A program made the position numbers and the translations under genes. DNA of 59,465 bases from contig JBKPAK010000014.1 in assembly GCA_046726415.1 (NCBI GenBank), positions 1 through 59,465 of the forward strand. The letters are read 5' to 3'. This DNA is from Candidatus Methylomirabilota bacterium (GTDB lineage: Bacteria; Methylomirabilota; Methylomirabilia; Rokubacteriales; CSP1-6). Positions 8,934-17,880 of the stretch are shown here, one piece after another; position 1 is the first letter of the stretch, and every line of letters begins with the position of its first letter. The notes under the pieces are model-generated. The model did no database searches and was not told the DNA's origin. It saw only the letters and a program-made list of their open reading frames with translations.

Positions 8934-11900
8934 CGCTGTGCTCTCGCCGGCCGTGGACCAGGCTGAACACGGCCGGGACGAAGACGAGGGTGGCCACGGT
9001 GGCACACAGGAGGCCCCCGATCACGGCGCGTCCGAGGGGGGCGTTCTGCTCCCCTCCCTCGCCGAGCCCCAGGGCCATGGGAACCATGCCGATGATCATG
9101 GCCAGGGCCGTCATGATCACGGGACGGAACCGCGTTCCCCCGGCCTCCACCGCCGCCCGCGCCGCATCTCCGTGGGCGCCCAGCTGTTCCTTGGCGAAGG
9201 CCACCACGAGGATGCTGTTGGCCGTGGCCACCCCCATGCACATGACGGCCCCCATCAGGGCGGGGACACTGATGGTCGTGCCCGTCAGGAACAGGAAAAT
9301 CACGATGCCGGCCAGCGCCGCGGGGAGGGCCGTGATGATGATGAAGGGATCCAGCCATGACTGGAAGTTCACGACGATGAGCAGATAGACGAGGATGACG
9401 GCGAAGCCGAGGCCCACGAGCAGGCCCGTGTAGGACGTGCGCATCGTCAGCAGCTGACCGCGCACGGTGACGAAGCTGCCGCGCGGCAAGCGCGCCCGAT
9501 GGGCGTCGACGATCTTCCCGATATCGCGGCCCACCCCGCCGAGGTCGCGGTCCTGTACGGCGCCGTAAATGTTCACCACCCGCCGGATGTTGTAGTGGGA
9601 CAGGACCGCCATCTCGTTGCCCCGGGTGATGGACGCCACGTGGGCCAGGATCTCCGGCCGGGTCATGGTTGACGCGCTGATGGGAATGTTCTGGAGATCC
9701 TGGAGCGACTGGATGTCGTACTGGGGAGTCTGCACGGCGAGGTTGTAGTTCACCCCGTTCTGCCAGTTCAGGAAGAACGTGGGGGTAGTCTGGAAGCTCC
9801 CGCTCAGGGAAACAAGGACGCTGGTGACGACATCGCGCTCGGTGAAGCCTCCCGAGGCCGCCTTGCTGCGATCAACCGCGATGTCGAACTTGGGGTAGTC
9901 GAAGTTCTGCTGGATCCTGAGGTCGGTCAGGCCCGGGACCCCGCGCAGCTCGTTCAGCACGCCGTCGGCCCACTGGCGATTGCCCTCGATGTCGGCCCCC
10001 TCGATCATGATGTCGATGGGTGCGGGCAGCCCGAAGTTCAGCACCTGGGTGATGATGTCGGCGGGCAGAAAGTAGAAGCTGACGCCGGGAAACTGGTTGG
10101 GCAGGGTGGTCCGGAGGGCCCGCACGTAGTCGGCCGTCGGTCCGTGCCGTTCCTTGAGCGACACGAGGATGTCGGCATCGGCGGCACCAATCACCCCCGA
10201 GGTCCCGTACATCCAGTTGATCGAGCTGTAGGGAAGCCCGATGTTGTCGAGGATGTTGTCTAGCTCCTCGGGGGGAATCACCCGCCTGATCGCCCCCTCC
10301 ACGAGGTCGGTCAACCGCGCGGTCTCTTCGATCCGCGTTCCCGTCTTGGCACGCAGGTGGAGGATGAACTGGCCGCTGTCCGTGGTGGGGAAGAAGTCCT
10401 GCCCCAGCCAGGGGGCCAGCACGCCCGCCAGCAGCAGACACAGAAGCAGGAACGCGGGGACGAACACCCGTCGCCGCGCGACGAGGACGGCGAGCAGGGA
10501 CTCGTAGCGGCCCCGCACCCGCTGAAAGACCCGCTCGAATCCCGCGTGGAATCGCGCGAAGGGGTTTCTCCGAGCATCGTCCTCGTGCCCGACCGGCCTG
10601 AGCAGATACCGCGCCAGAGTGGGCACCAGGGTGCGCGACAGGAAGTACGAGGCCAGCATGGCGAACACCACGGCTTCGGCCAGAGGCACGAAGAGATAGC
10701 GGGCCACCCCGCCAAGGAAGACCATGGGCAGGAACACGATGCAGATGCACAGGGTGGACACGAGCGCCGGCACCGCCACCTGGCGGGCGCCCTCGAGAAT
10801 CGCCTCACGGACCGGAAGGCCCCGTTCCAGATTCCGGTTGGTGTTCTCGATCTCCACCGTGGCGTCGTCGACGAGGATACCCACGGCCAGGGCCAGCCCG
10901 CCGAGGGTCATGAGGTTGATGGTTTCCCCGAGCGCGCTGAGGGCGATGACCGAGGTCAGGATGGACAGGGGAATCGATACGGCAATGATCAGCGTGCTCC
11001 GCCAGCTGCCCAGGAAGAGCAGGATCATGGCGCCGGTGAGGCAGGCGGCGATGATGGCCTCGCGGATCACCCCGCTCACGGCCGCGCGGACGAACACGGA
11101 CTGATCGGCCAGCGGCTGGATCTTGAGCTCCGGCGGCAAGGTCTGCGCCACCCGCGGGAGCATCTGGCGCACGCCGCCCACCACGTCGAGCGTGGAGGCA
11201 TCCCCGGCCTTCAGCACCGTCACGAGCACGCCGCGACGTCCGTCCTGGCGCACGACGTTGGTCTGGGGGGCAAACCCGTCGTGCACGTGGGCCACGTCCC
11301 GCAGATACACCCAGGCGTTGTTGACGACCTTGATTGGCAGGTCGTTCAGCTCGGCGACGGTGCGCGGGCTCGCGTTCAGGCCGACGTCATACTCGAACTG
11401 GCCGATCTTCGCGGTGCCGGACGGCACCACCAGGTTCTGCAGATTCAGGGTATTGACGATGTCCGCCGGGGACAGGCCCTTCGCCTGGAGCAGCGCCGGA
11501 TTCAGGTCGACCCGCACCTGGCGCTGCTTGCCCCCGTAGGGATAGGGAACGGCGGCGCCGGGGACGGTGACCAGCTGCGTCCTCAGGAAGTTCAGCCCGA
11601 TGTCGTTCAGGGCCTGCTCGGAGAGATCCGGCCCCGAGAGCGCCAGCTGGAGAATGGGCACCGTGGAGGCGCTGTAGTTGATGACCAGCGGCGGCTGGGT
11701 GCTGGCCGGCAACTGGCGCAGGATGGTCTGCGACACCGCCGTCACCTGGGCATTCGCCTTGGCCAGATCGACCCGCGGCTGGAAGAAGATCTTGACCATC
11801 GACTGGCCGTTCACGGTGGTCGACTCGATGTGCTCGATGTTGTCGACGGTGGTGGTGAGGACGCGCTCGAACACCGTGGTGATCCGGCCCTCCATCTCCT

Positions 11901-12069
11901 CGGAGTTCAACCCCGTGAACTGCCAGGCCACGGCCACCACCGGAATGTCCACGTTCGGGAAGACGTCGGTGGGCGTCCGGAGAATGACCACCGGGCTCAC
12001 GATGAAGACCAAGAGCGCCAGGACGACGAACGTATAGGGACGGGCGAGGGCGACCCTGACTATCCACAT
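8914..12069 (-). CDS. RND efflux permease (AcrB/AcrD/AcrF, NolG-like)
   Basis: 1051 aa; ALARPYTF start, GILVDDATVEIEN, RFRPVIMTALAMIIGMVP, APLGRAVIGG. Confidence 0.96.
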   Translation of the reverse strand: MWIVRVALARPYTFVVLALLVFIVSPVVILRTPTDVFPNVDIPVVAVAWQFTGLNSEEMEGRITTVFERVLTTTVDNIEHIESTTVNGQSMVKIFFQPRVDLAKANAQVTAVSQTILRQLPASTQPPLVINYSASTVPILQLALSGPDLSEQALNDIGLNFLRTQLVTVPGAAVPYPYGGKQRQVRVDLNPALLQAKGLSPADIVNTLNLQNLVVPSGTAKIGQFEYDVGLNASPRTVAELNDLPIKVVNNAWVYLRDVAHVHDGFAPQTNVVRQDGRRGVLVTVLKAGDASTLDVVGGVRQMLPRVAQTLPPELKIQPLADQSVFVRAAVSGVIREAIIAACLTGAMILLFLGSWRSTLIIAVSIPLSILTSVIALSALGETINLMTLGGLALAVGILVDDATVEIENTNRNLERGLPVREAILEGARQVAVPALVSTLCICIVFLPMVFLGGVARYLFVPLAEAVVFAMLASYFLSRTLVPTLARYLLRPVGHEDDARRNPFARFHAGFERVFQRVRGRYESLLAVLVARRRVFVPAFLLLCLLLAGVLAPWLGQDFFPTTDSGQFILHLRAKTGTRIEETARLTDLVEGAIRRVIPPEELDNILDNIGLPYSSINWMYGTSGVIGAADADILVSLKERHGPTADYVRALRTTLPNQFPGVSFYFLPADIITQVLNFGLPAPIDIMIEGADIEGNRQWADGVLNELRGVPGLTDLRIQQNFDYPKFDIAVDRSKAASGGFTERDVVTSVLVSLSGSFQTTPTFFLNWQNGVNYNLAVQTPQYDIQSLQDLQNIPISASTMTRPEILAHVASITRGNEMAVLSHYNIRRVVNIYGAVQDRDLGGVGRDIGKIVDAHRARLPRGSFVTVRGQLLTMRTSYTGLLVGLGFAVILVYLLIVVNFQSWLDPFIIITALPAALAGIVIFLFLTGTTISVPALMGAVMCMGVATANSILVVAFAKEQLGAHGDAARAAVEAGGTRFRPVIMTALAMIIGMVPMALGLGEGGEQNAPLGRAVIGGLLCATVATLVFVPAVFSLVHGRREHSDGDARR

Positions 12070-12740
12070 AGCGCCGAGGCCGCGGGGTCCGGCGTGGTCG
12101 CCAGGTATCCGGCCAGCCTCTTCCGGAGGAGCAAGCGGGAACGGTGCACGCGCGACTTCACCGCGGCCAGACCGATGTCGAGCACCTGGGCGATCTCCGC
12201 GTTGGACAGGCCTTCCACGTCACGGAGCAGGAACGCCACCCGGTAGTCGTCGGAAAGGTCGTCGATGGCCGACGCCAGGACCGATCGCAGCTCCTGCTGC
12301 AGGGCGGCGTCTTCCACCTTGGCCGACCAGTCGACGATGTGCTCGGCATGCTGCCCGTGCTCATCGAAGCTCGGCTCCAGGTCGCCCCAGCCGTGGGCGT
12401 GGCGCCGGTTCTGGCGCCCCCGCACCTTGCGGTAGGCGGCGAGGGCGGTGATCCGGTAGAGCCAGGTGCGAAAGGCCGAATCCCCGCGGAAACTGTCGAT
12501 CTTCCGGATGGCATTCCAGAACGCGTCCTGCACGGCCTCTTCCGCGTCCGGCTTGTTCCCGGTGATGCGAATGGCCAGGCGATACGCGCGATCACCGTAC
12601 GTGGCCACGAGATGCTCCGCCGCTGCCTCGTCACCGAGACGGAGGGTCTCCACGAGCTGTCGATCCGGATCGACACTCGCCGGCAGCTTCACCTCATGAT
12701 CACGATCAGCGCCCGCTTCAGCTGGCTGACCCATCTCCAT
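12060..12740 (-). CDS. ECF-type sigma-70 factor
   Basis: Region 2 DAEEAVQDAF...FRGDSAFRTWLYRI; region 4 LLRDVEGLSNAEIA...VKSRVHRSR; AGGAGG RBS before the ATG at 12740. Confidence 0.92.
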   Translation of the reverse strand: MEMGQPAEAGADRDHEVKLPASVDPDRQLVETLRLGDEAAAEHLVATYGDRAYRLAIRITGNKPDAEEAVQDAFWNAIRKIDSFRGDSAFRTWLYRITALAAYRKVRGRQNRRHAHGWGDLEPSFDEHGQHAEHIVDWSAKVEDAALQQELRSVLASAIDDLSDDYRVAFLLRDVEGLSNAEIAQVLDIGLAAVKSRVHRSRLLLRKRLAGYLATTPDPAASALCG

Positions 12741-12794
12741 GTCCTCCTGGAAGACTCGCCGCGCTCTCACTCGACAAGGCGGCCGGCCGGTCCG

Positions 12795-13151
12795 TCATCG
12801 GTTCCCCACCGCGGCTTGGACGGCGTTGAGCAGCGCTTCGCCGTCGCATGGCTTGTGCAGAAAGGCCACGGCACCGGCGCCCAACGCCTGGCGGCGGGCT
12901 TCGTCATCGCCATGGGCCGTGAGGATGATGATCGGAACGGGATGCCCGGCGCGCACCAACTGTTGTTGGAGTTCCAGGCCCCCCATGCGGGACATCCGGA
13001 GATCGAGAATCAGGCATCGGGTGGTCTGTCGGGAGTGCGACTGCAGGAACTCCTCGGCTGACGCGAAGACAGCGACCCGGAATCCGACTGACCGGAGAAG
13101 GCCTTCGACCGCCTCTCGAACCGACTCGTCATCATCGACGACGGAGACCAC
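12795..13151 (-). CDS. Stand-alone receiver (CheY-like) protein
   Basis: VVDDDESVR, CLILDLRM, IILTAHG, FLHKP; start uncertain (see frameshift finding). Confidence 0.88.
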   Translation of the reverse strand: MVSVVDDDESVREAVEGLLRSVGFRVAVFASAEEFLQSHSRQTTRCLILDLRMSRMGGLELQQQLVRAGHPVPIIILTAHGDDEARRQALGAGAVAFLHKPCDGEALLNAVQAAVGNR

Positions 13152-13205
13152 GTCACGTTCGCCCCATCACGGTTTTCACCGTACCGGGCGGCTGGCAGAC
13201 CGACT

Positions 13206-13225
13206 AGCTATACGTTGGTATAGCT
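13206..13225. promoter_or_regulatory. Perfect palindrome AGCTATAC-N4-GTATAGCT, putative response-regulator operator
   Basis: 8-bp arms with a 4-nt spacer, AT-rich in GC-rich DNA, in the divergent region upstream of the receiver/ECF/efflux operon. Confidence 0.65.
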
Positions 13226-13380
13226 CCACTCATCCCTGGCCCCGCGCCCGTGCGCCCGCCTGCTCGCCCGGAATCGAGGGGGTCCGGCGCCGCATCGGCA
13301 GAAGTAGGAAGGTCCTCGGGGAGGCGGCCCCGGACGTTCGCGGAGGAACGCGCGATGACTTCCGAAAGGTAGAGGTCGCC

Positions 13381-13545
13381 ATGAGAGATGTGAGACATTC
13401 CTCGCCATCGGCAGCTGGCCTCATCGCGCTGCTCCTCGCGTCGCTCCTCGCGATGTCCGCGTGCCAGTCGGCCCAGCCGTCCCCACCGGGCTATACTCCG
13501 CCTCCCGACCGCAGCTTCGACCGCTCCTCGTGCTGCCGCCCGTGA
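13381..13545 (+). CDS. Small putative lipoprotein, 54 aa
   Basis: AGAGGT RBS; hydrophobic core LIALLLASLLA, lipobox MSAC, Pro-rich mature part ending SSCCRP. Confidence 0.6.
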   Translation: MRDVRHSSPSAAGLIALLLASLLAMSACQSAQPSPPGYTPPPDRSFDRSSCCRP

Positions 13546-13586
13546 CGGGAACCCCTGGTGCTGGAGGCAAGCTCGGGCCCCTAGCG

Positions 13587-14663
13587 TCAGGGCGCCCCTT
13601 CTCCCTCCATCGCGGCGAGGAAGGACTCGCGCGCCGCCGAGTCACTGATGTGGACGGCCAGCCGCTCCGCCAGCTGCCCGGCGTCGGCGGCGTCCTTGGC
13701 GGCGCGCGCCACGAGCAGTCGCGCAATCGGGCCAACGTGGCGAGCGAGGCGTGCCTCGGCCGAGGAGAGCAGCTCCGGAGTGACCGGCCCCGACGCGCGT
13801 GAACGGTGCTTCGCCTTGCCCGGGGCCTGAGGGCCCGTCGCGGCGGGCGGCGCGAGGGCCGGGGACGGCCCCGCGACGTCGGAGACCTCGGCCAGGAAGC
13901 GCTCCCGCGCTGGCCCGGTAAGATTTTCCGCCGCGGCCGCCAGGAGCTCCCGGGAGTCGCGGGCGTGGAGCGCGGCGCGCTGCACGATGAGCTTGGCCAC
14001 CGGGCCCATATAACCCGCCAGCGCCCGCGCGACGCGCGACAGGAGCTCGGGTGAGAAGAGCACGCGCTGGGGGCCAGCGGACGCCTCGGCGGCGGTGGTG
14101 GCCGAGCCCGCGCCGCCGTGAACTTCGTACAGCTCGTGCTCGCGGATATGCTTGTCCCGGTGGAGTCCCGCATACTGGAACAGCCGCGCGTACTCGTGGG
14201 AGATGTGCGAGACGACCTCGTAGTACGAGCGCGTGACCAGGATCTGATTCGGCCCTGCGAACGCCATCACCCGCTGGGCGACATTGATGCCGTCGCCGAG
14301 GATGTTGCGGTTGCCGTTGAGGTCCCGGACCAGCCGCGTGGGGCCGAGGTTGATGCCAATGCGGACCTCCGCGCCGTGGGGACCGGGTTCGGCCTTGACG
14401 GCGTCCCGCAGGTTTGCCGCGGCAAAGAGCGCGTCTTCGGGGTCGCCGAAGAAGCAGAGGGCGGCTCCGTCACCGGTATCCAGCGCCAGGCGATCGGACT
14501 CCGCGACGTTGGCTAGTGCCCGATTGATCGTCTCGTTGAGGTGCTGCTTCAGGGCGACCTGCTGCGCGACGGGCCGTCGCGAGTAGTCGACCAAGTCCAC
14601 GAAGACCACCGTGCAGATGAAGGTCCGACTCTCGGGGCCGTAGGGCGGCTGCTCCGCGGCCAT
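13587..14663 (-). CDS. Class III adenylate/guanylate cyclase-domain protein with two C-terminal helical repeats
   Basis: FVDLVDYS, TGDG, RIGINLGP, GDGINVAQR; repeats LAGYMGPVAKLIVQRAA and LARHVGPIARLLVARAA. Confidence 0.88.
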   Translation of the reverse strand: MAAEQPPYGPESRTFICTVVFVDLVDYSRRPVAQQVALKQHLNETINRALANVAESDRLALDTGDGAALCFFGDPEDALFAAANLRDAVKAEPGPHGAEVRIGINLGPTRLVRDLNGNRNILGDGINVAQRVMAFAGPNQILVTRSYYEVVSHISHEYARLFQYAGLHRDKHIREHELYEVHGGAGSATTAAEASAGPQRVLFSPELLSRVARALAGYMGPVAKLIVQRAALHARDSRELLAAAAENLTGPARERFLAEVSDVAGPSPALAPPAATGPQAPGKAKHRSRASGPVTPELLSSAEARLARHVGPIARLLVARAAKDAADAGQLAERLAVHISDSAARESFLAAMEGEGAP

Positions 14664-14672
14664 GTCGCGGGC

Positions 14673-15545
14673 TCAGGCCTCGATCATCTTCATGGCTGTC
14701 TGCAGGCTGCGCCGCATCCGGTTGAAGGCCCGCCCGAGCCGAGCGATCTCGTCCTTGCCCGCCTCGGCGAACTCGGGGACCTCGAAGTTGCCAACGCTCA
14801 CTTGATCGGCGGCCTCGGACATCCGCGACACCGGCCGGACGATGATCCGGGCCAGCATGACATTCAGAACGATGAAGGCGAGCGCGAAGACGGCGGTCAG
14901 CGAGCCCATGAACGTCAGGAACGCGTGGCGGGCATTCCGGATCGGAAGGGACATCGGCACCGACACGATCTGTGCCCCCACGATCTCGTTGTGCTTCCAG
15001 CCGAATCCGTTGGCCGCTCCGTACAGTTTGAGCATGGTGGCCGGCGCCGCCTCGGGCGTGCTGTGACAGGTCAGGCAGGCCGGGTTGTTGATCTGGATCG
15101 GCCGCGCGATGTAGAGCACGCGTCCGGTGGGTGTGTCCCGCTCGCCCAACAGCTCGGCGGCGTCGGGCTTGTCCCGGAACGTCCGGATCAGGTCGCTTTC
15201 CCAGTCGCCCGCGCGGTTGCGCGGGTTCGTCGGATTGATCGTGGCCTCCTTATAGCTGTAGTCGATGTACTTCTTCCTGAGCGTGTTGAGCGTCTCGGTC
15301 GCCGCGTACGCCGGGACGCTCTGGGGCAGGAACACCCGCATCAGCTGCAGCTCCAAGTGCGGTCGCACCTGCTCGATCGTGTAGCTCCTGATCGCGAGCG
15401 CCGCCTCCATCATGAGGCCGGCGTTGCGGCTCACTTCGTCCCGGGCGTTGCGCTCGAGAAGCGTGTACGACAGATACCCGCACGCCAGCAACCCCAGGCC
15501 AAACACGGCCAGGAGCACCAGGTTGAACTTCAGTCGCAAGCCCAT
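14673..15545 (-). CDS. DUF3365/Tll0287-like haem-c sensor domain + HAMP membrane protein
   Basis: GAGGAGG RBS before MGLRLKFN; two TM helices; YKEATINPTNPRNRA; CLTCH (CxxCH); HAMP DEIARLGRAFNRM at the C-terminus. Confidence 0.9.
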   Translation of the reverse strand: MGLRLKFNLVLLAVFGLGLLACGYLSYTLLERNARDEVSRNAGLMMEAALAIRSYTIEQVRPHLELQLMRVFLPQSVPAYAATETLNTLRKKYIDYSYKEATINPTNPRNRAGDWESDLIRTFRDKPDAAELLGERDTPTGRVLYIARPIQINNPACLTCHSTPEAAPATMLKLYGAANGFGWKHNEIVGAQIVSVPMSLPIRNARHAFLTFMGSLTAVFALAFIVLNVMLARIIVRPVSRMSEAADQVSVGNFEVPEFAEAGKDEIARLGRAFNRMRRSLQTAMKMIEA

Positions 15546-15567
15546 GCTCGCTCCTCCTCGTTCGCAT

Positions 15568-16038
15568 TCACGGCGTCGGGCAGTCCGCCATCCGGCCGTA
15601 GGCACGCGTGAACCCAATCAGGCTGAACGTGGCGGAGTGGGTACCGGTGGTCGGCCAGGTCGGCCAGAACCGGAGCTGCACCCGGACCCGCAGCCCGCGC
15701 TTGAAATCGTCGACCAGTGTCTCGTACCGCGAAGTGAACACGGCCGCCTTCTGTCCGGTCAAACCGTCCGACCTCATGAAGGTGCCGTTATCGACCGCCA
15801 GACCGATGTCGCCGGCGCTGGCGTCGAGCTCGGAGGCTGAGCTGACGCGCACCGCCTTGTCGTCGACCCGGATCTGCGCCCAGGTCATCTGGTAGCCATC
15901 AGAGAGCGGTTGCCGCTCGGATTCCAGCACGCATCGCGGCGCGGTGCCCGCGCCCGCTGGCTCCGCCCGGGTGCTCCACTCGGCGGCGGCTCCGCGCGGA
16001 AGGGCCAGAGACAGCAACAGCAGCGACAGCGTCCCCAT
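15568..16038 (-). CDS. Hypothetical exported protein (IalB-like C-terminus); alternative start 16128
   Basis: Signal peptide LSLLLLSLALPRGAAA; two Cys; C-terminal FSLIGFTRAY...C pattern. Confidence 0.7.
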   Translation of the reverse strand: MGTLSLLLLSLALPRGAAAEWSTRAEPAGAGTAPRCVLESERQPLSDGYQMTWAQIRVDDKAVRVSSASELDASAGDIGLAVDNGTFMRSDGLTGQKAAVFTSRYETLVDDFKRGLRVRVQLRFWPTWPTTGTHSATFSLIGFTRAYGRMADCPTP

Positions 16039-16149
16039 CCGCAGCGGCAAAGGTCGACGGTACGCCCCTAACCTCTTCGCCCGGCGAGGGCGGCGGACTA
16101 GGGGGCCGAGCGTAAGAAATTCACGCATCTAGGTGACGAACCGAGGGTG

Positions 16150-16178
16150 ATTCTGGACCGGACAGGACGCCGCGTCAA
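16150..16178 (-). promoter_or_regulatory. Putative sigma-70 promoter for the exported protein/haem sensor/cyclase operon
   Basis: Minus strand TTGACG (16178-16173), 17-nt spacer, CAGAAT (16155-16150). Confidence 0.5.
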
Positions 16179-16315
16179 CCAAGGGGCGCGTGGCCGATCA
16201 GGTGAGGCTGCCAGGGCGGCTCACTTTTAATGGCGATACCGAACGAGGTCAGCTACGCTCGCCGGGGGCGCCGGAGGACCGGCGCTGAAGCGGTCTCTCG
16301 ATCAACGAGGGGGAC

Positions 16316-16633
16316 ATGCGCATGAGGACACTTGGCTTGGCGATGCAGCTGGCGCTGTGGCTGCTGAGCAGTGGCCACCATCCCGTCGGGGCGGCGGAGC
16401 CTTTGGGCCCGTTTTGTATGACGCTCGGCGTATTCGCTGACCGTCTGGAGGTGTCCGCCCTGCCCAATGGCGGCGGCCAGTTTCTCCTGAGCGTGCGCAA
16501 CGCCAACCTTGGGGACGCCTACGTGGGAAGCGCGGTCGTCAGTGGGACCGAATTGATCTTCACGTTCGCTCCCACCGGTCGACACCCCGCGCTCGAAGAT
16601 CACCACGAGCAAGAGGGGTGTCGACCAACGTGA
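16316..16633 (+). pseudogene. Probable truncated exported protein
   Basis: GAGGGGG RBS, signal-peptide-like start and beta-rich segment, then a tail that runs into the next gene's RBS and start. Confidence 0.4.
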
Positions 16634-17880
16634 ACGCCGAGCTCCTCGAGATCGCGGGACGAGAAGTGCAGATCTCGAATCCCGGCAAGCTCTACTTCCC
16701 TCGAGCCGGCATCACCAAGATAGACCTCGTCCGCTACTACCTCGGCGTCGGCGAAGGTGCTCTGCACGGGATCTTCAACCGCCCCATCGTGCTGAAGCGC
16801 TACGCGCACGGCGTGGAGGGAGATTTCTTTTTCCAGAAGCGGGCGCCGACGAAACGGCCGGACTGGGTGAAGACGGTGAGGCTCGCCTTTCCTTCAGGAC
16901 GGACGGCGGACGAGATCGTCGTGACCGATCTGGCCCAGCTGGCCTGGCTCGTGAATCTGGGCTGCATCGACCTCAATCCCCACCCGGTCCGGGCCGACGA
17001 CTTGGATCACCCGGACGAATTGCGCGTGGACCTGGATCCCGGGCCCGGCGTGGGCTTTGATGGCGTTCGCCAGGCGGCTGGCGTCGTGCGCGAAGTGCTC
17101 GCCGATTTTGGCCTCGTGGGATGGCCCAAGACGTCGGGCTCCCGGGGCATCCACGTCTATGTGCGGATCGAACCGCAGTGGGGCTTTCACGAGGTGCGGC
17201 GCGCCGCCCTGGCGCTGGCTCGAGATGCCGAGCGTCGTGCTCCCGGGCTCCTCACCTGTAAGTGGTGGAAGGAGGAGCGGCACGGTGTCTTCATTGACTA
17301 CAACCAGAACGCCAAAGATCGAACCGTGGCGTCCGCCTATTCGGTGCGACCCACGCCCGACGCCAGGGTGTCCGCGCCTCTCACCTGGGAGGAAGTGGCG
17401 TCCTGCGAGCTCGGCGATTTCACGCTGAGGACGCTGCCGGAGCGCTACGCGAGGCTGGGTGACCTCACGGCGGGAATGGACGAGGCGGCCGGCTCACTGG
17501 AGCCCCTTCTCGATCTTGCCGCGCGTCACGAGGCGGAAGGACTCGGTGACGCCCCCTGGCCGCCTCATTACCGCAAGCAAACTGGGGAGCCACCGCGGGT
17601 GCAGCCGTCGAAGCGAAAGGCGATGCCGCTCATCACTATCGCCAAGGCGGCCAAAAAAGAGGACGCCCTCGCGGGACTGGCGCGATGGCGAGCGCGCCAC
17701 CCCGAAGCATCATCCTACCTAGAGGACGAGGACGTGCTCGTCGATGCGATGCGCGGCCGCTACACGACCTGGACGCGCATCCGCGTGAACCTTCGCCGCG
17801 TCCCCAACGATCAACGCCCGCCCACGGAGCCCCCCGATCCCGATTACGATCCCTGGGAGAAGATCCGCCTGAGCTCGTAG
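16618..17880 (+). CDS. Stand-alone LigD-type primase-polymerase (PolDom; Prim-PolC/PolD-like) with C-terminal extension
   Basis: ISNPGKLYF...TKIDLVRYY, FFQKRAP, DELRVDLDPGPG, KTSGSRGIH, FIDYNQNAKDRTVASAYSVR, PWPPHY...GEPPRVQPS. Confidence 0.92.
   Translation: MSTNVNAELLEIAGREVQISNPGKLYFPRAGITKIDLVRYYLGVGEGALHGIFNRPIVLKRYAHGVEGDFFFQKRAPTKRPDWVKTVRLAFPSGRTADEIVVTDLAQLAWLVNLGCIDLNPHPVRADDLDHPDELRVDLDPGPGVGFDGVRQAAGVVREVLADFGLVGWPKTSGSRGIHVYVRIEPQWGFHEVRRAALALARDAERRAPGLLTCKWWKEERHGVFIDYNQNAKDRTVASAYSVRPTPDARVSAPLTWEEVASCELGDFTLRTLPERYARLGDLTAGMDEAAGSLEPLLDLAARHEAEGLGDAPWPPHYRKQTGEPPRVQPSKRKAMPLITIAKAAKKEDALAGLARWRARHPEASSYLEDEDVLVDAMRGRYTTWTRIRVNLRRVPNDQRPPTEPPDPDYDPWEKIRLSS

Noticed and set aside
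13587-14663. Cyclase as a Pycsar/CBASS-type anti-phage system
   Set aside because: No cyclic-nucleotide-binding TIR or TM effector is adjacent; the neighbours point to haem-sensor signalling.
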